DNA of 64,000 nucleotides from Balanoglossus misakiensis (lineage: Eukaryota; Animalia; Hemichordata): positions 11,449,992 through 11,513,991 of the forward strand of contig CM082596.2 in the NCBI GenBank assembly GCA_040954595.2. Direction: 5' to 3'. Positions within the stretch are counted from its first letter, which is position 1; each line of letters opens with the position of its first letter. The position numbers and the translations under genes were made by a program. This document shows positions 13,171 to 25,609 of the stretch, in pieces. The notes under the pieces were generated by a model. It saw nothing but the letters and a program-made list of their open reading frames with translations. It was not told the DNA's origin and ran no database searches.

Positions 13171-14967
13171 CATTAGTGAAAATTGGGGAAACTGGTGTTT
13201 TTCAGACAACTTATGAAGTCCCTTTCGCAGTATTAACTCTAAAACAGCGGGTGATATTCCTTTTAAAATTTAACCAAATAAGCATACTTGAACTCTGTCA
13301 TATCGGCAAAACACTCACTACACAAGCTGCTGTTATTCTACAGACATGACATGTGCTGATTGCGGCGTAGGTAACTACTGTCCAGATGGGTCAGACAGCC
13401 CCATTCCTTGTCCATCAAGTTATTATGCTGACACAGCCACAGATGTATCCTGTACCCCTTGCGATCCAGGCTGTCAGTGTGCAGCAACATCACCCACTTG
13501 CCTGCACATCAAGAACCTACTCTCTGGGACCATCAACAACATGTACTCCCCTTCTACCAGGTTTGTAGTCGTCTTAGTCGTAAAAACATATTTAAGGTGT
13601 TGCGCACCTCGAAATAAAGGGTCGTCTGATCATGTTTAAATTAATACTGATGATACTATGACTTCTAAACATTTAATCTATGGAATAAAAATTGGGGGTC
13701 AACCATCTAGAGTTTTGAAAAAGCGCCCTTTATCTAGCACCTCTTTCAGATTTTGCCAGGCTCGTAGATTTTTGTAAAATGGCCTCAAAAATAAGAATTT
13801 TGGGAGGTTTGTCATATTTTTTCACCATTGTAGAATCTAAATGTTCTGAATTATTTTATTTTTAGCAATTTTGAGATTGATTCATATTCAGTATGATAAT
13901 CGCATGTCAATACAACTGTTACATTAAAGGAAAAGTTCAAATCCGCCTAAAACCACATTGCATTGGTACCTAGTTAAGTTGTCCTCACTTCTGACGCAAA
14001 ATTTTGATGTGCAATGCACGTGTCTGTGAAATTGACGAATAAAAAAATTGTATACCAGTGCAAAATTAAAAACTCCCTGTGCAGCCATCTTGGCAACTGC
14101 ATGCTGGGAAAAGTACTCGGATGATGACGAAAAAGTTTCGGGGTTCCGTGTAGTGCTACCCCGGAATACAATGTTGGGTGCAGACTACAACTATGGAAAA
14201 GAGATGCAGAATGTCATGTGATATAGTAGTGAAAACAAATACACGTTGGTTCACGTATTTCAGCTCTCAGCAATCAGGGTGCATTGAAAGGCCTTGATTG
14301 GTGTGATATTCACAATTGATTATTATAAATACTTACAGTTGTATACTGTTTTATTTTGTAAATATTGTGTACATTTGCAGCAATGAATCCGTGCGAACAC
14401 AAACCTTAACCCATGCCGGAATGCTGGTACTTGCCAAGCAATCCAGGGATCTTGTACAGGCGTCACATGTCAATGTGCTGGCTGCTACCTGGGCTTCACA
14501 TGTGAAACACGTGAGTACAGTACTTTGTCATTTATTAAAAAATCTAAGTGCTGAGGTACATTGTAGTAATAATAGCAGGTGTAGTCATTATCATCATCAT
14601 CATCATCATCATCATCTTAAAGTCAGTCATATGATCGGTAATAAAAACAGTAAAATCACCAGTATAAAAACATAACAGAGAAATAATGAATGTGTACTGG
14701 TGTTACCATAGGTAAGTGTTGTATAAAATTTTGAATTCCTGTCTTCCAGTTCCTAATCCATGCTTCACTAGTCCTTGTCTCAATGGAGGTACCTGCCAAC
14801 AACAGGCAAATTCTTGTACTGCCACCATTGGCATGTGCACAGAGTGTTACTAGGGAACCAGGTGTGAGACAAGTAAGTTTGAATCTATAGCAGTTAATAA
14901 TGATAATTATCATTTTTTTTATTATGATTTAAACTTCACTGATGTTGTACAAACACAAAAATAGAAA

Positions 14968-15430
14968 TAATAATAATAATAATAATAATAATTTATTTGT
15001 ATAGCGTCAGTATCCACAAAAAATGTGATCAATGATGCTTAAAGCAAAAGTACAATACAACAAATGGCTAAAAAACAGATTTAAAAAGTAAAGTTTTAAC
15101 ATTTGATTTAAAAACAGATAAGTCTGGTGCCTGGCGAATGGTGAGTGGAAGATTATTCCAAAGAATTGGAGCAGCAACAGTAAAAGCACGATCACCATAA
15201 CTCTTGGTGCGTGATCGAACAGGGCAGAGTTTGAACTGATCAGCTGACCTTAAATTGCGACACGGAACATATAGATTAGTCATGCTAGAAAGATAGATTG
15301 GACCAAGTTTATGAATGGATTTAAAAATGAGAACTAACATCTTAAAAACAATACGCTCTGTAACAGGTAGCCAGTGCAACTGATACAAAATTGGAGTGAT
15401 GTGACAGGTGATTTTTGAACGAGTAACAAT
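14968..15430 (-). mobile_element. 5'-truncated L2/CR1-group LINE with (TTA)n tail and tagaaa TSD
   Basis: ORF 15068..15388 contains LHWLPV..R.LRS..YGDRAF..AAP.LWN.LP..FK..KTLLF. tagaaa flanks it at 14962 and 15431, and the site is empty in copy 2 (~31848). Confidence 0.9.
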
Positions 15431-18400
15431 TAGAAAGGGATAGCAGCTTAGCTCTATTCCGTTTCCAAAGTGTTTGTTCTTTTAAACTACCTGTGCATTT
15501 TTTTTATTTATTCTGATTATGCTAATATGCTAATTTGTTGGTTTGTCACATCACAATTTTTGTAGGAAACTCACCCCTGGGAATTTTTTTCAGTCACTTA
15601 CATACATTCATAATCACATGACATTGATGATCATGGAAAATTTGACCCTTTTCCTTGTAGGACTCAACCAGTGTCCACCAAATCCGTGCCATCTGTCAAC
15701 CGGCTCGAAATTCCTGCTTTGATCTCACCTGCATATGTACTGGTTGCTACAAAGGTGATAGGTGTGAGATATGTAAGTATACAGCGCAGTCTCTTTTACC
15801 TTTTGTCTCTGATGCATTCAAATACTGCATGTTTCCTGAGCATAGGTGTAGCCATCACCACAGCAGAGCTTGGAGAGTTCTTGACATCGAATGCAAGATT
15901 ACACTCTTCCCAATCAAAATCACTTTCGTAGCGCATAATGTCTTGATTGCCTTAGTTCAAGAAACATTATGCGCGACTGGCCAATTTTACTGCCTTTTGT
16001 CAACGCACATCCACTATGGAAATTCTCACTCCAGGCCAGATAGTGTAAATTTGCATATGAGTCTACAGGTATGCTTGAAGTCAAGTCAAGCATTTGCAAG
16101 GAACCCTCCTCCAGTACACAGGTCTTTGATTTCATGAAGGGAAGCCCTTGCCTCACAGTCACTGCCACATGATCTATGGAGGTGTGAACAACTTGATACC
16201 AGCCTAATATAAGTTGTAGGCACAATCACTCCACACACCCTTGCCATAATTCTGCACAGCCTTGTGAAATACCCGGACTGTTAGACAAAAGATGCTTGTT
16301 TTGGACGCTGTCAGACTCAGAGGTGCCAAATTCCTGTTTAACTTGTCCAGATGTGTTCCATAAATGATCGCTGCGTTCAACCACGTTGCACTTTTCTCGT
16401 CTTCTGCGAGATGTTCTAAGGTGTTTGTGACAACTTCACGCAAAACGCGAGACTTTGCGTTAGTTTATACACAGTTTATTTGCAAATTGGATTATTGGGA
16501 TTTACCTGGAAATAATGTATGCAAAAGAACATCATTTCAAGAAAAAACTGGAGTTGCGCGTCCTTCTTTCTCTAGTGTCCATGGTCAAACAAGTGAGTAT
16601 ATACTTTCAAGACACCCTGCAAACAAACAAGCAATCTTCATTCCGTAGATCTTTAAGCATATTTATGCATTGTAAATTTTGATGTGAAACTTCAAATTTT
16701 ATTGGTCTTGTTGCCAAACTTCTGAAGAAATGAGGATATTGTTTTGAAGGGTATTTTATCAGTAGATAACAAATACCATGGCCCTCCATGCAAATACCCA
16801 CATGGTAAATTAAAACTGTTGCAGGTGTATTTGATTTCCACATATGGATTACATGTGGGATAATATTGGGTGCTGGCAGTTTCAGTAAATGAACTGCTCT
16901 ATTGCTGAGATAACAATAGGTTGCACTTTTTATTGCAGTCCAAGATCCATGCCAGCAAAACAGCTGTCTCAACGGGGCTGTATGTAATGCAGTGGCCAAC
17001 TCCTGCACGGCATATACCTGTGCCTGTACTGGTTGCTATGAGGGTAACCGTTGTGAAATATGTAAGTTTCTGACGTACCGTAAATGACAATCTTTTGGGC
17101 ACTTTCTCTTCATAGCAATTGAATTGTGTGGTAACTTCTCATTTCTAAAATTTCCCCAAGAGAAAAGAAAGGAAAAGAAAACAGAAATTTCATTTGTATG
17201 TCTGTGCAATTTAGGATAGGCACGAACTTGTGAGGAAGTGTACGAAGCTGGATGTTTTCATCACTCAAATATACAAGAGTTGCCTCTTGAAGACTAGTGT
17301 CTGTAGAGATAATTGTGCATGTGAGGTAATCTCTCCTAAGGTGGTGCACACATCTGAGTATTAAGTAAAAGAGACGTCCTTAATTATCCTTACTATTTGG
17401 CTTGAAAAATCAATCTTTAATACTAGGTGTTCTGATTAGAGAGGTGTCCATGAGGTGACTACACCTGTTTCTGCCAGTAGTGTTGGACTGGGGCCATCTG
17501 TGCCGTAGGTGTGTCGAATTCAACTGTTTTATGACACAGCGTGGTATATAAACCCTCATTTTTGGTATTCTCAATGTGATAGATGGACCCATACACCAAT
17601 AAATGGGGTGGAAGCATTACAAAGTTTCATCCTTTCAAAATTTGCTGATGTAGGGTCAAAATTGAGTGTGAGGTGCACGTTAAAAAGGAAAGCCTTCTGT
17701 ATCATGTTGATGGCACATTTTTTAATTTTTCAAGATCCTTACAGAAAAATCCTAGCAGCATTATGTTATTTTAAATGTACAGGTTTGAAACAAGGAATGA
17801 AGACATTGCTCACATATATAATTTAAACAAAATGAACATCACAAGTACATGTACAAGTTTTTGACAAGCAGGTCATTGATACTTTCATTTTTGTTTTGGC
17901 AGCCATTGATCAGTTATACTCTATGCCTTGTCAAAATGTGGTGGCACATGCGTTGCGTGAGACGGCTGTTTCCTGTTTGACTGTATGTGTACCGAATGCT
18001 TCACTGGTGCCACATGTACAATGCGTAAGTACAAACCAATATTATTTTATTCAATGCAAAACACTTGTTATGTATTATATAATATAAATACGGTACACAT
18101 ATTAAAGCCCTGGTAACTCAAACTTTGGGCTAGCTTAATGTTATCACTATTTTTGTTTTCGGTTGCAACTGTGGTTTCTTGTCACACTCTAAAGGATTTG
18201 ACAGCATTTGGTTTTTCAAAACAGCCCTTTGGTTGTTGTCATGTATACATGTACATGACTGTGGAGTGTAGTTTGTAGATTCTGTAATTTTGACAATATC
18301 TTGACTGCACATCCCACAGCTGTCAACCAGTGTCAACCCATCCAGTGTCGGAATGGTGGAAACTGTGTGCTGACGCCCAATTGGTGTACTGAATTCACAT

Positions 18401-19569
18401 GCTCCTGTACAAGCTGTTACTCCGGCGATTTATGTCAGACATGTGAGTGATTTTAAATTTCAGATGAAGAGGAACATAATAACATAACACATAATCGGCT
18501 TGCAGTTGGTTTCTTCCAACCTGTATCAAACAGTGAATAACGACACAATTTTGGGGAAATTTATTAAGAATGTGTGTGCCATAAAAGGGGATTGTGTATT
18601 TGACCAAACAACAACCTGCACCGTATGGTACACTAAGACACTATTACACCTGTGTCAAAATTTCATTACTTTTCTTTTGTTGAACATGGAAGAAATTTGT
18701 CACAGTGATGTTCTGTTGACCAACTGAGATTTTTACCACTCAACCCTGACTGCACAAATCTGTTTAAAGTATATGTAGTAAATATTAACTGTACACAATT
18801 TATATCACTTTCTCTTCTGTGCACAGATTTGAATCCGTGTCAGCCCAACCCTTGTCTAAACAGTGGATTCTGCCAGCAAGTGTCCTGCACCGAGTTCAGA
18901 TGCCAGAGTCCGCGCTGTTTTGATCGGAACCACGTGCGCTGAACGTAAGCAAACCAGTGTCAGATTTCCCGCACAAAGTAGAAATCGCTGGGCTTTGTCA
19001 TTGATATTGTCTCAATAAAGTTGCCTGTGAGTGTGCAGCTAACCAAGAGACTTATATGCACTACCGTAGCCATGATGAATATTTTCATTGACTCAAATGC
19101 TCATCAGTGTGTTGCTATTTTTCCAACCGTAAATTGAAACATCAGAAAGTTATGACATCAACTACCCCCACCCCCACCCCACCCCACCCCCAACTAGTAA
19201 ATATTATAAGATGCTGTAATTATGATATAGATGGTAGCACCAAGCTTGGATCAAGTGGTCTTCATTATCCTTCACAAATTAACATGATCACACGGATGTG
19301 CAATCTTCTGACAGTCTGCTACAGATTTCACTTCCCACTCAAGTGTGTAAGACCCTAATGTGATACTTTTCATTTCTCTCACCCTTAGCGATCAACCAGT
19401 GTCTTCTAAACCCATGTCTGAATAACGGAGTGTATCAGCCACTTCAAGGCTCCTGCTCAATCTACACCTGCAACTGTCCAACCTGCTACACTGGGCAAAC
19501 ATGTGTTACATGTAAGTCACAAGTTTTTAGGTCCCATTGGTATGTACCATGGTACCTTATGGGATTGGT

Positions 19570-20460
19570 TACGTCTGTATGTATGGATGGATGGATGGAT
19601 GTTTGTTCAAATGAAGATGTCATTGCCAAAAATATGCAAATTAGCTGGGAAAATGTGAAATTGGTCAAAACTCAAAAACTGGACAACCACTGGTCATATT
19701 GATTTGAAAATTGGTATGCATTAACCTTATATCAACCTCATACAATCCTGTATGTTTTGAGCTAATATTATCGATTTCCTATTTTTTATGCATTTTTTTG
19801 TATTTTTCCATGTTATTGGTAAAAAGTCTTTGAAATTTAGTATGAAGCTTCCTAATGGTTGTCTAAGTAACCATAGTTTTATTCAAATTGTTGCAAAATT
19901 TGCATATCTATAATTTTGAGCAATAGTTGCCATTTTTGGTCAAAAAATGTTTTTCTTTAAAACCTCATGCCAGATTGCTTTGCAATTTGGTAGGCATATT
20001 CGTAGGGGTAACCTAAATAATATGTTGTAAAAAAATGTGATATTTGCATAAATGTGTTATCGGGGAAACTTTTGCAATTTTTGTCAAAAATTGTTTTCTC
20101 TGAAACCGCTTGTCCTATTGCATTGAACTTTGGCAGCATGTTCCTTGTAGTGATTGAAGTAAGATATTGTACAATTTTGGTGATATTTGCATATTTGTGT
20201 TTTTGCCACATTTGAACAAATATTTTCTGTGAAACTGCTTGTTGGATTGCTTTGAAATTAGTTTTTTCTCTGATTGCTTTGAAATTTAGGATATAATTTC
20301 ATAACACATACCTGTATATGTGCAACTTTTATTCAATTCTGAGATCAGAAAGATTAAATATTTAGCGAGTTTTTTTGGTAAGTTTCTTTGTTTTTGGTTA
20401 GCAAATCTTCTCCTAAACAAATTGTCCAGTTATTTCTAAAGTTACTATTTACAAGGAGTT
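19570..20460. mobile_element. Degenerate Helentron-associated (HINE-like) interspersed repeat
   Basis: (gatg)n microsatellite followed by repeated ttctctgaaacc..gattgctttgaaattt subunits. Family assignment is by resemblance only. Confidence 0.4.
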
Positions 20461-21964
20461 GTTACCTCAAACAAAGACATGTTTACATAACTTAAATAGG
20501 CCAGCTGTTACAGAGACCACCAGCTATCAAATTTTAATTACCAGTGGCAGGTCAGTGTGTGTCTGTTCCAGGACTGACTGAAAGAAGTTGCTTCGCATGT
20601 GTGTTTGTACAGACAATTTTTGGTCAATTTTTTTTCTAGCACCACTTGTAAGACTGCCAGGACACATGACAGTTTATTGGGCATGTTCCTTGTTAATGTT
20701 TTTACATTCCATATTTCTACATGGTCAGATCATATCTGCTTGCAAATGTCACCTGTAATTTTTATTCTGGTGTGTCACTGTTTCCGCATAATCCTCAAAT
20801 GTCATCAGATATCCGAATGTGATGAAAACAGTGTGTTTTGAGTGTTTTTTAAATGACCTTTTGGGTTAAAAGTGGCAAAAATGGCAATTTTGTCTTGAAA
20901 GGGGTCAATAAGACTGACTTTTTTTGGAATTAGCACCATATTTTACATTGAATGGACTAGTCTAGGACTTTCCTTACCAAAAATTCTGTTTAATCTTCTG
21001 TAACATGTATACTAGTATACATGTAGCTGCCTGATAGTTTGCCCTGTGTGTGTAATTGCTGAGTGACATAACGCATTCTGTGATTGGTGCAGTCACGTAA
21101 CCACCAATCAGATCGCTTGTTGTAAGGAGAACTGCACGACCTTTAACCGCATTAGCATACCTGATTTTTAGGGCTCGATATTACCTCTGAGGACGCAATA
21201 TTTAAGTTGAAGTTTTTTTTCTTTTATCATATTAGAGCAAGAAGACTTGTTTTTTATGTAAAAGAAATAGACCCTAATATACAGAGTGCATTTTGAAATG
21301 ATAGGCAGGTCCGGCCCATAGCCTAATTCTTCATTTTTCTGTCATGCGTAGGAATTGATCAGTGCTAACAACCCATGTCAAAATGGCAGCACTTGCCAAC
21401 CCTAACCTCGTGTGTGGCATTGACGTGCACCTGCCAAGGATGCTATACTGGGAGCGCTGTGAAAATTGTCAGTCAGTTTCTTTTGTCAAATTAATCAATA
21501 TGTGTGGGACTGTTATACATGTATATAAAACAGAATACTGTGATGGAAAATTCTATAACTTAATGTTTCAGTGGATATATGACTTAAAGTTAGCAGGATG
21601 CAGTGAATTCAACAGAAAGTGTAATTTCCTCTTGTGTGAGCTCTGTGCGACTGTGCCAATGAAAATCTCACCACAAACAAAAATGACAGGTATACACTGT
21701 ATATTAGCAGCTTTGTCTCTGTAATAGCCATAGTGTTTTGAAGTTGAAAACTTGCAAAGTGTGCAGTTTTATTCACACTACAAAGGAAACATTGTTGAAA
21801 CGGATTATCTGTGTACATTGTCAAACTGTACACTTGTCGTGAGATTTATTCTCAATTATATTATATCATGCTACCGTCCGCAATTCTGATTGGACGAGAG
21901 CTAAATCCAGCGATGCTAAAATACTCAATAATGCACTGCTGGCAGTGGTAAAACGGGCTTTCTG

Positions 21965-23153
21965 TTTGCCACATGGGTTTGTTCTTTAGGTTGTTGTATG
22001 TGTTTACACTCAGCATGTTTATTGTAGAACCAGGGTCGATCAGTGAGGCAACTGCTGTTTGTTCTATTTGCACTGTTACTCGAGGCCTCCTGCCATTTGA
22101 TTGTTGTGCAGTGAAGCAGTATTCATCTCCCGAGCTGTCTTCCACTTTATGCACAGCTTTGACAGTTTCATCCTTGTCTACCCTATTTGCCTTGCCTTTT
22201 GATCGGCAGCATTTGGCAAAATGGTTATGTTTGCCACACTTCCTGCATGACTTGCCTTTAGCTGGACATACTGAGTCATGTGGATAGGTGCCACCACAAT
22301 AATAACAAGTGGACGGTCCTTTCGCTGGCTGCTGATGAGCTCTCTTTTGTTTATTTGGTTTCGGGCGTTGGTGGCGCTGTTTTCTGACCGCATTCACTGA
22401 TGCCGTATCTGCACCATTATTTTGGGTTTTCTCCTCAATCCCACTAGCCTGAACCTCTGATACCTCAAATGAATGGCTGTACTCAGTATATTCTCTAGTG
22501 TCGTCTCCTCCCGAAGAGCACGACGTCTGAGACAGGCTGATGTGAATCCTCGTATGATTTGTGATTTGACCTCTTGATCCTTTTTGGTGAAGTCACATAT
22601 GTTTCTGCTAGGCGTTGCAAACAAGTGTGATAGGCATCAATCGATTCGCCGTTGTTTTGTATGGTGTCTCTGAAGATGAATCGTTCGTATTCAATGTTCC
22701 GTTTGGGTGAGAAGTACGACGTAAGCTTTAATTTGGCTGTTTCACAGCTCGTTCCTGTATCTGGTAGAGTATCAAAGAAGTCGGAAACTTCCTCACCTGC
22801 CCAGTGCAATAGCAGTGCACGTTGTGGCTTGTCATCTGTAATGTTGAATGCGACAAATGCGTTTTCTACTCTAGCCATGTACTTTTTCCATCTCGTACTG
22901 GTGGTTGTCGGGTCTGAATGAACAGGAAAACTCGGCATTGATGGCTAGCTGATTCTCCATGTTCTCCGTCCTCGTCGCCAAATATAGAATCGTGGGTGGG
23001 CAATAATGACAACACGAGACACCAAGTCCGGCATGTAAGAGTGAGAGTGCCTAGCCACGTTCACGCACTTTATTCATAATGACCCAAATGTTGCATTACG
23101 TCATTTTACAGAATGTATAAAGTATAGATGCTCACTAGTGTTTGGACACTACA
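21965..23153 (-). mobile_element. Truncated second Gypsy element: 171-bp LTR (22983-23153), PBS, frameshifted gag, start of protease
   Basis: LTR TGTAG...CTATA with AATAAA, then aa + TGGCGACGAG PBS. Gag motifs WKKY..ALLLHWAG..YFSPKRNIEYERFIFR; zinc knuckles CYYCGGTYPH..C and CRKCGKHNHFAKCC; protease LIDPGS. Confidence 0.88.
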
Positions 23154-23659
23154 ATATACATGTGACTGCAGTGTCTTTCCAATCATGAGTTTGCAAGGTG
23201 TCCTTCGGAGAAAATCTTCTGATTCTCTTTTCTGATTTGCTTTGCATATTTAACTTAATGATCTAATGTGTTGGAATTCCCTGTCTCAAATTTTTGATGA
23301 TCAGTCTCTGCCCCATTGCTCATCGTCCCAACTTTCTTGTGTATTGAAAACCAGGAATCAACCAATGTGATCCCAATCTGTGCTTGAAGAGTGGTTTCTG
23401 CCAGATGACATCTGGATCATGTGAACTGTACACATGTTTCTGTCAGAATTGTTACACTGGTGACCTTTGTGAACAAAGTAAGTTTTGATTTATTGTCTTG
23501 GGTTAATAATTTATACAGTTCAAAGTATCACCATTTCTTTCAATATGTAGATTTTTTTGTTTTTCTCTACAAGTGTAATCAAGATCTGCATGAAAATTTG
23601 TGTCGCTGTCACCGAACCTAGCTAGTCCATACAACCAACAGTATGAATCACCACCTCAT

Positions 23660-25124
23660 ACTGGGCGTAGCCATAGGCCCTAACCCTAATAGTTACGTAC
23701 TTATGAGCATTTATGTTATATATAGTTCAAAGGTCACCAAGGTCATCTGACATTGCGGCGAAATGATTTGGTCCAATAGTTGTACCTGTCCACCAAAAAT
23801 CAGCTCCCTAGGTGTATTAGTTAGCGTAGAAATAGATATGTGTTTTTCAAGGTGGGTCAAAGGTCAAGGGGTCACCCGAAATTTGGCTTCTCATTTCGGC
23901 CCCTTGGTCAGTCCCTGTTCACTCCATAAATGGAGACGTGTTCTGCGCAACCGCAGTACGTGTAACCTCGTGAACTCAGATGTGCACATGCGTACAGCAG
24001 ACCCTGTTCACTCCATAAATGGAGACGTGTTCTGCGCAACCACAGCTGGACCTGTGAAAGATCAAATCCGATCGACATATTTAGTTTCCGTATATTATAT
24101 TGACCAATGCAGACTAAATCTAATAGAATTACTACATGTAGTATATCGTGTATAATACACACGTTTGGCAATATTGCAGTTTGAGTGTTAGATGCAGACG
24201 TGTATACCCGATCTAAATTTCCGACCTACACATGTACATGTATCACTGTTCACATGTACATACACCGTAACTGCGTTCTGAAAATGACATGGTATTTTCA
24301 AAATGTTACCCCAGATTACCCCATCATGAAACTCACACCCATTGTCCAGCAGTAGTTAGTTGACTATCCTATTCACTCAAAACAAAAAGAACGGGTGTGA
24401 AAAAGTCACTAAAACAGCATTGATACAGAGGTGTATAACACTGTCCATGATTTCAAGAGAAAAACATGAACGCAGCCCAGGCAGATCGGTCACTGTATGT
24501 GGCGATATCTTTCTAAGTATTTCACTCAACTTGTACAGACGATGCCATGCTGTCTTCTGGAATGTGCTGGTAACGTCACACATCGAAACATATTGATGAT
24601 GCCCTTCCCTGCGGCTCGGGCATCATGAATATTATTAAGGTCAAAGATCACCATCCCTTGTGCAGGCAAAAGATCATGATATTGCCCTCGCTAACATGTG
24701 TTATTATTTAAATACGATGTTGTCATAGCTTTACTATGCAGGTATAGTAAAGCATATGCCTTGGTCCAGACCCCCCCCCCCCCCCATGGTCAATGAAAAA
24801 ATATGAAATATAATGATCAAAAATCTTCTTCTCAAAATCGGCATACCCTAATTTGAAAATTTCGCCCTTATATGGTCATCAGGTCACTTGACTAATTTAA
24901 CATTCACGGACGTACTGCACCAGATCTCATTGGCCTGCATCATTGTGCCAAATTTGAGAATTGTAGGTTTAGCCGTTTTCAAGATCATAGTGGCCGATGA
25001 AAGTGCCCAAGAAGAAGAAAAATGCCAGCAATACCAAAAGGGGCCCCGCTCATAGGGGCTTGGGCCCCCAAAAACGCCAGTAATACCAATAGGGGCCCCG
25101 CCCATAGGGGCTTGGGCCCCTAAT
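23660..25124 (+). mobile_element. Helentron/HINE-like non-autonomous elements
   Basis: aaggtca-rich body, internal duplicated ccctgttcactccataaatggagacgtg, 3' hairpin atgatgccc..gggcatcat (24596-24626) and a tandemly doubled gggcccc..gggcccc(taat) end (25040-25124). Confidence 0.6.
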
Positions 25125-25609
25125 AAGTCAGTTGTAAAGTTATTACTGAGCTTGAATTTCACTAGCGCCTAAAAGTAAACAAAAACTGATGGTCAAAGTA
25201 TCACAAGCTTTATTTTGGTTTGATGTAGGATGTAATATGCTTATAGCACACTGCCAAATTAATGTCAACCAATAAGACCGGTAGGATATGATCGAAAACC
25301 ACACGTATTAATGTGTAAAAGGCCGAACTTCCCAATAAATTTGGGTAGCCGACTACAGAAAGAGTCGAACCGATGCATGAACTGAAGTATCAAGACACAT
25401 GGACTATTATTTATTGTTTCAGCAATTTGACTTAAATTTATAATTTCCTATGGCAGTTTTTGCCGACAAGAATCAATGCCCGACCAAACAAAATGGACAT
25501 TTTCACATGATCGTTACTGAGGTCACAAGTTAGCCAAGCCCTCATACACGCGCTATTCGGAAGTATCGGTGATCTGTTTATGTGTTTAGCTAAGGTGGTA
25601 AACTGTTCA

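Larger units (their letters stand above)
9931..13559 (+). pseudogene. Pseudo-exons of Cys-rich GCC2/GCC3 (ephrin-receptor-like) repeats: 9931-~10163, 10634-10764, 11019-11152, 11534-11731, 13344-13559
   Basis: Mostly ag/gt-bounded segments translating to CTPCPAGYKC, CADCPAGNQCP, CTICEQGYAC, CTPCPAGSKCP and CGVGNYCPDG. There are in-frame TAA stops and frameshifts. Confidence 0.85.
9458..18310 (+). repeat. Segmental duplication, copy 1
   Basis: Homologous to 28236-36071 from catagttactcttcaatag to cttgactgcac. Offset is 18778 at the start, and identical ORFs appear in the track. Confidence 0.95.
14381..23477 (+). pseudogene. Tandem EGF-like exons: 14381-14510, 14750-14872, 15661-15772, 16939-17061, 17901-18024, 18320-18442, 18827-18944, 19389-19511, 21351-21466, 23355-23477
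   Basis: ag|...|gtaag phase-1 exons, mostly 123 bp, e.g. QDPCQQNSCLNGAVCNAVANSCTAYTCACTGCYEGNRCEI. Several are frameshifted or carry stops. Confidence 0.87.
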
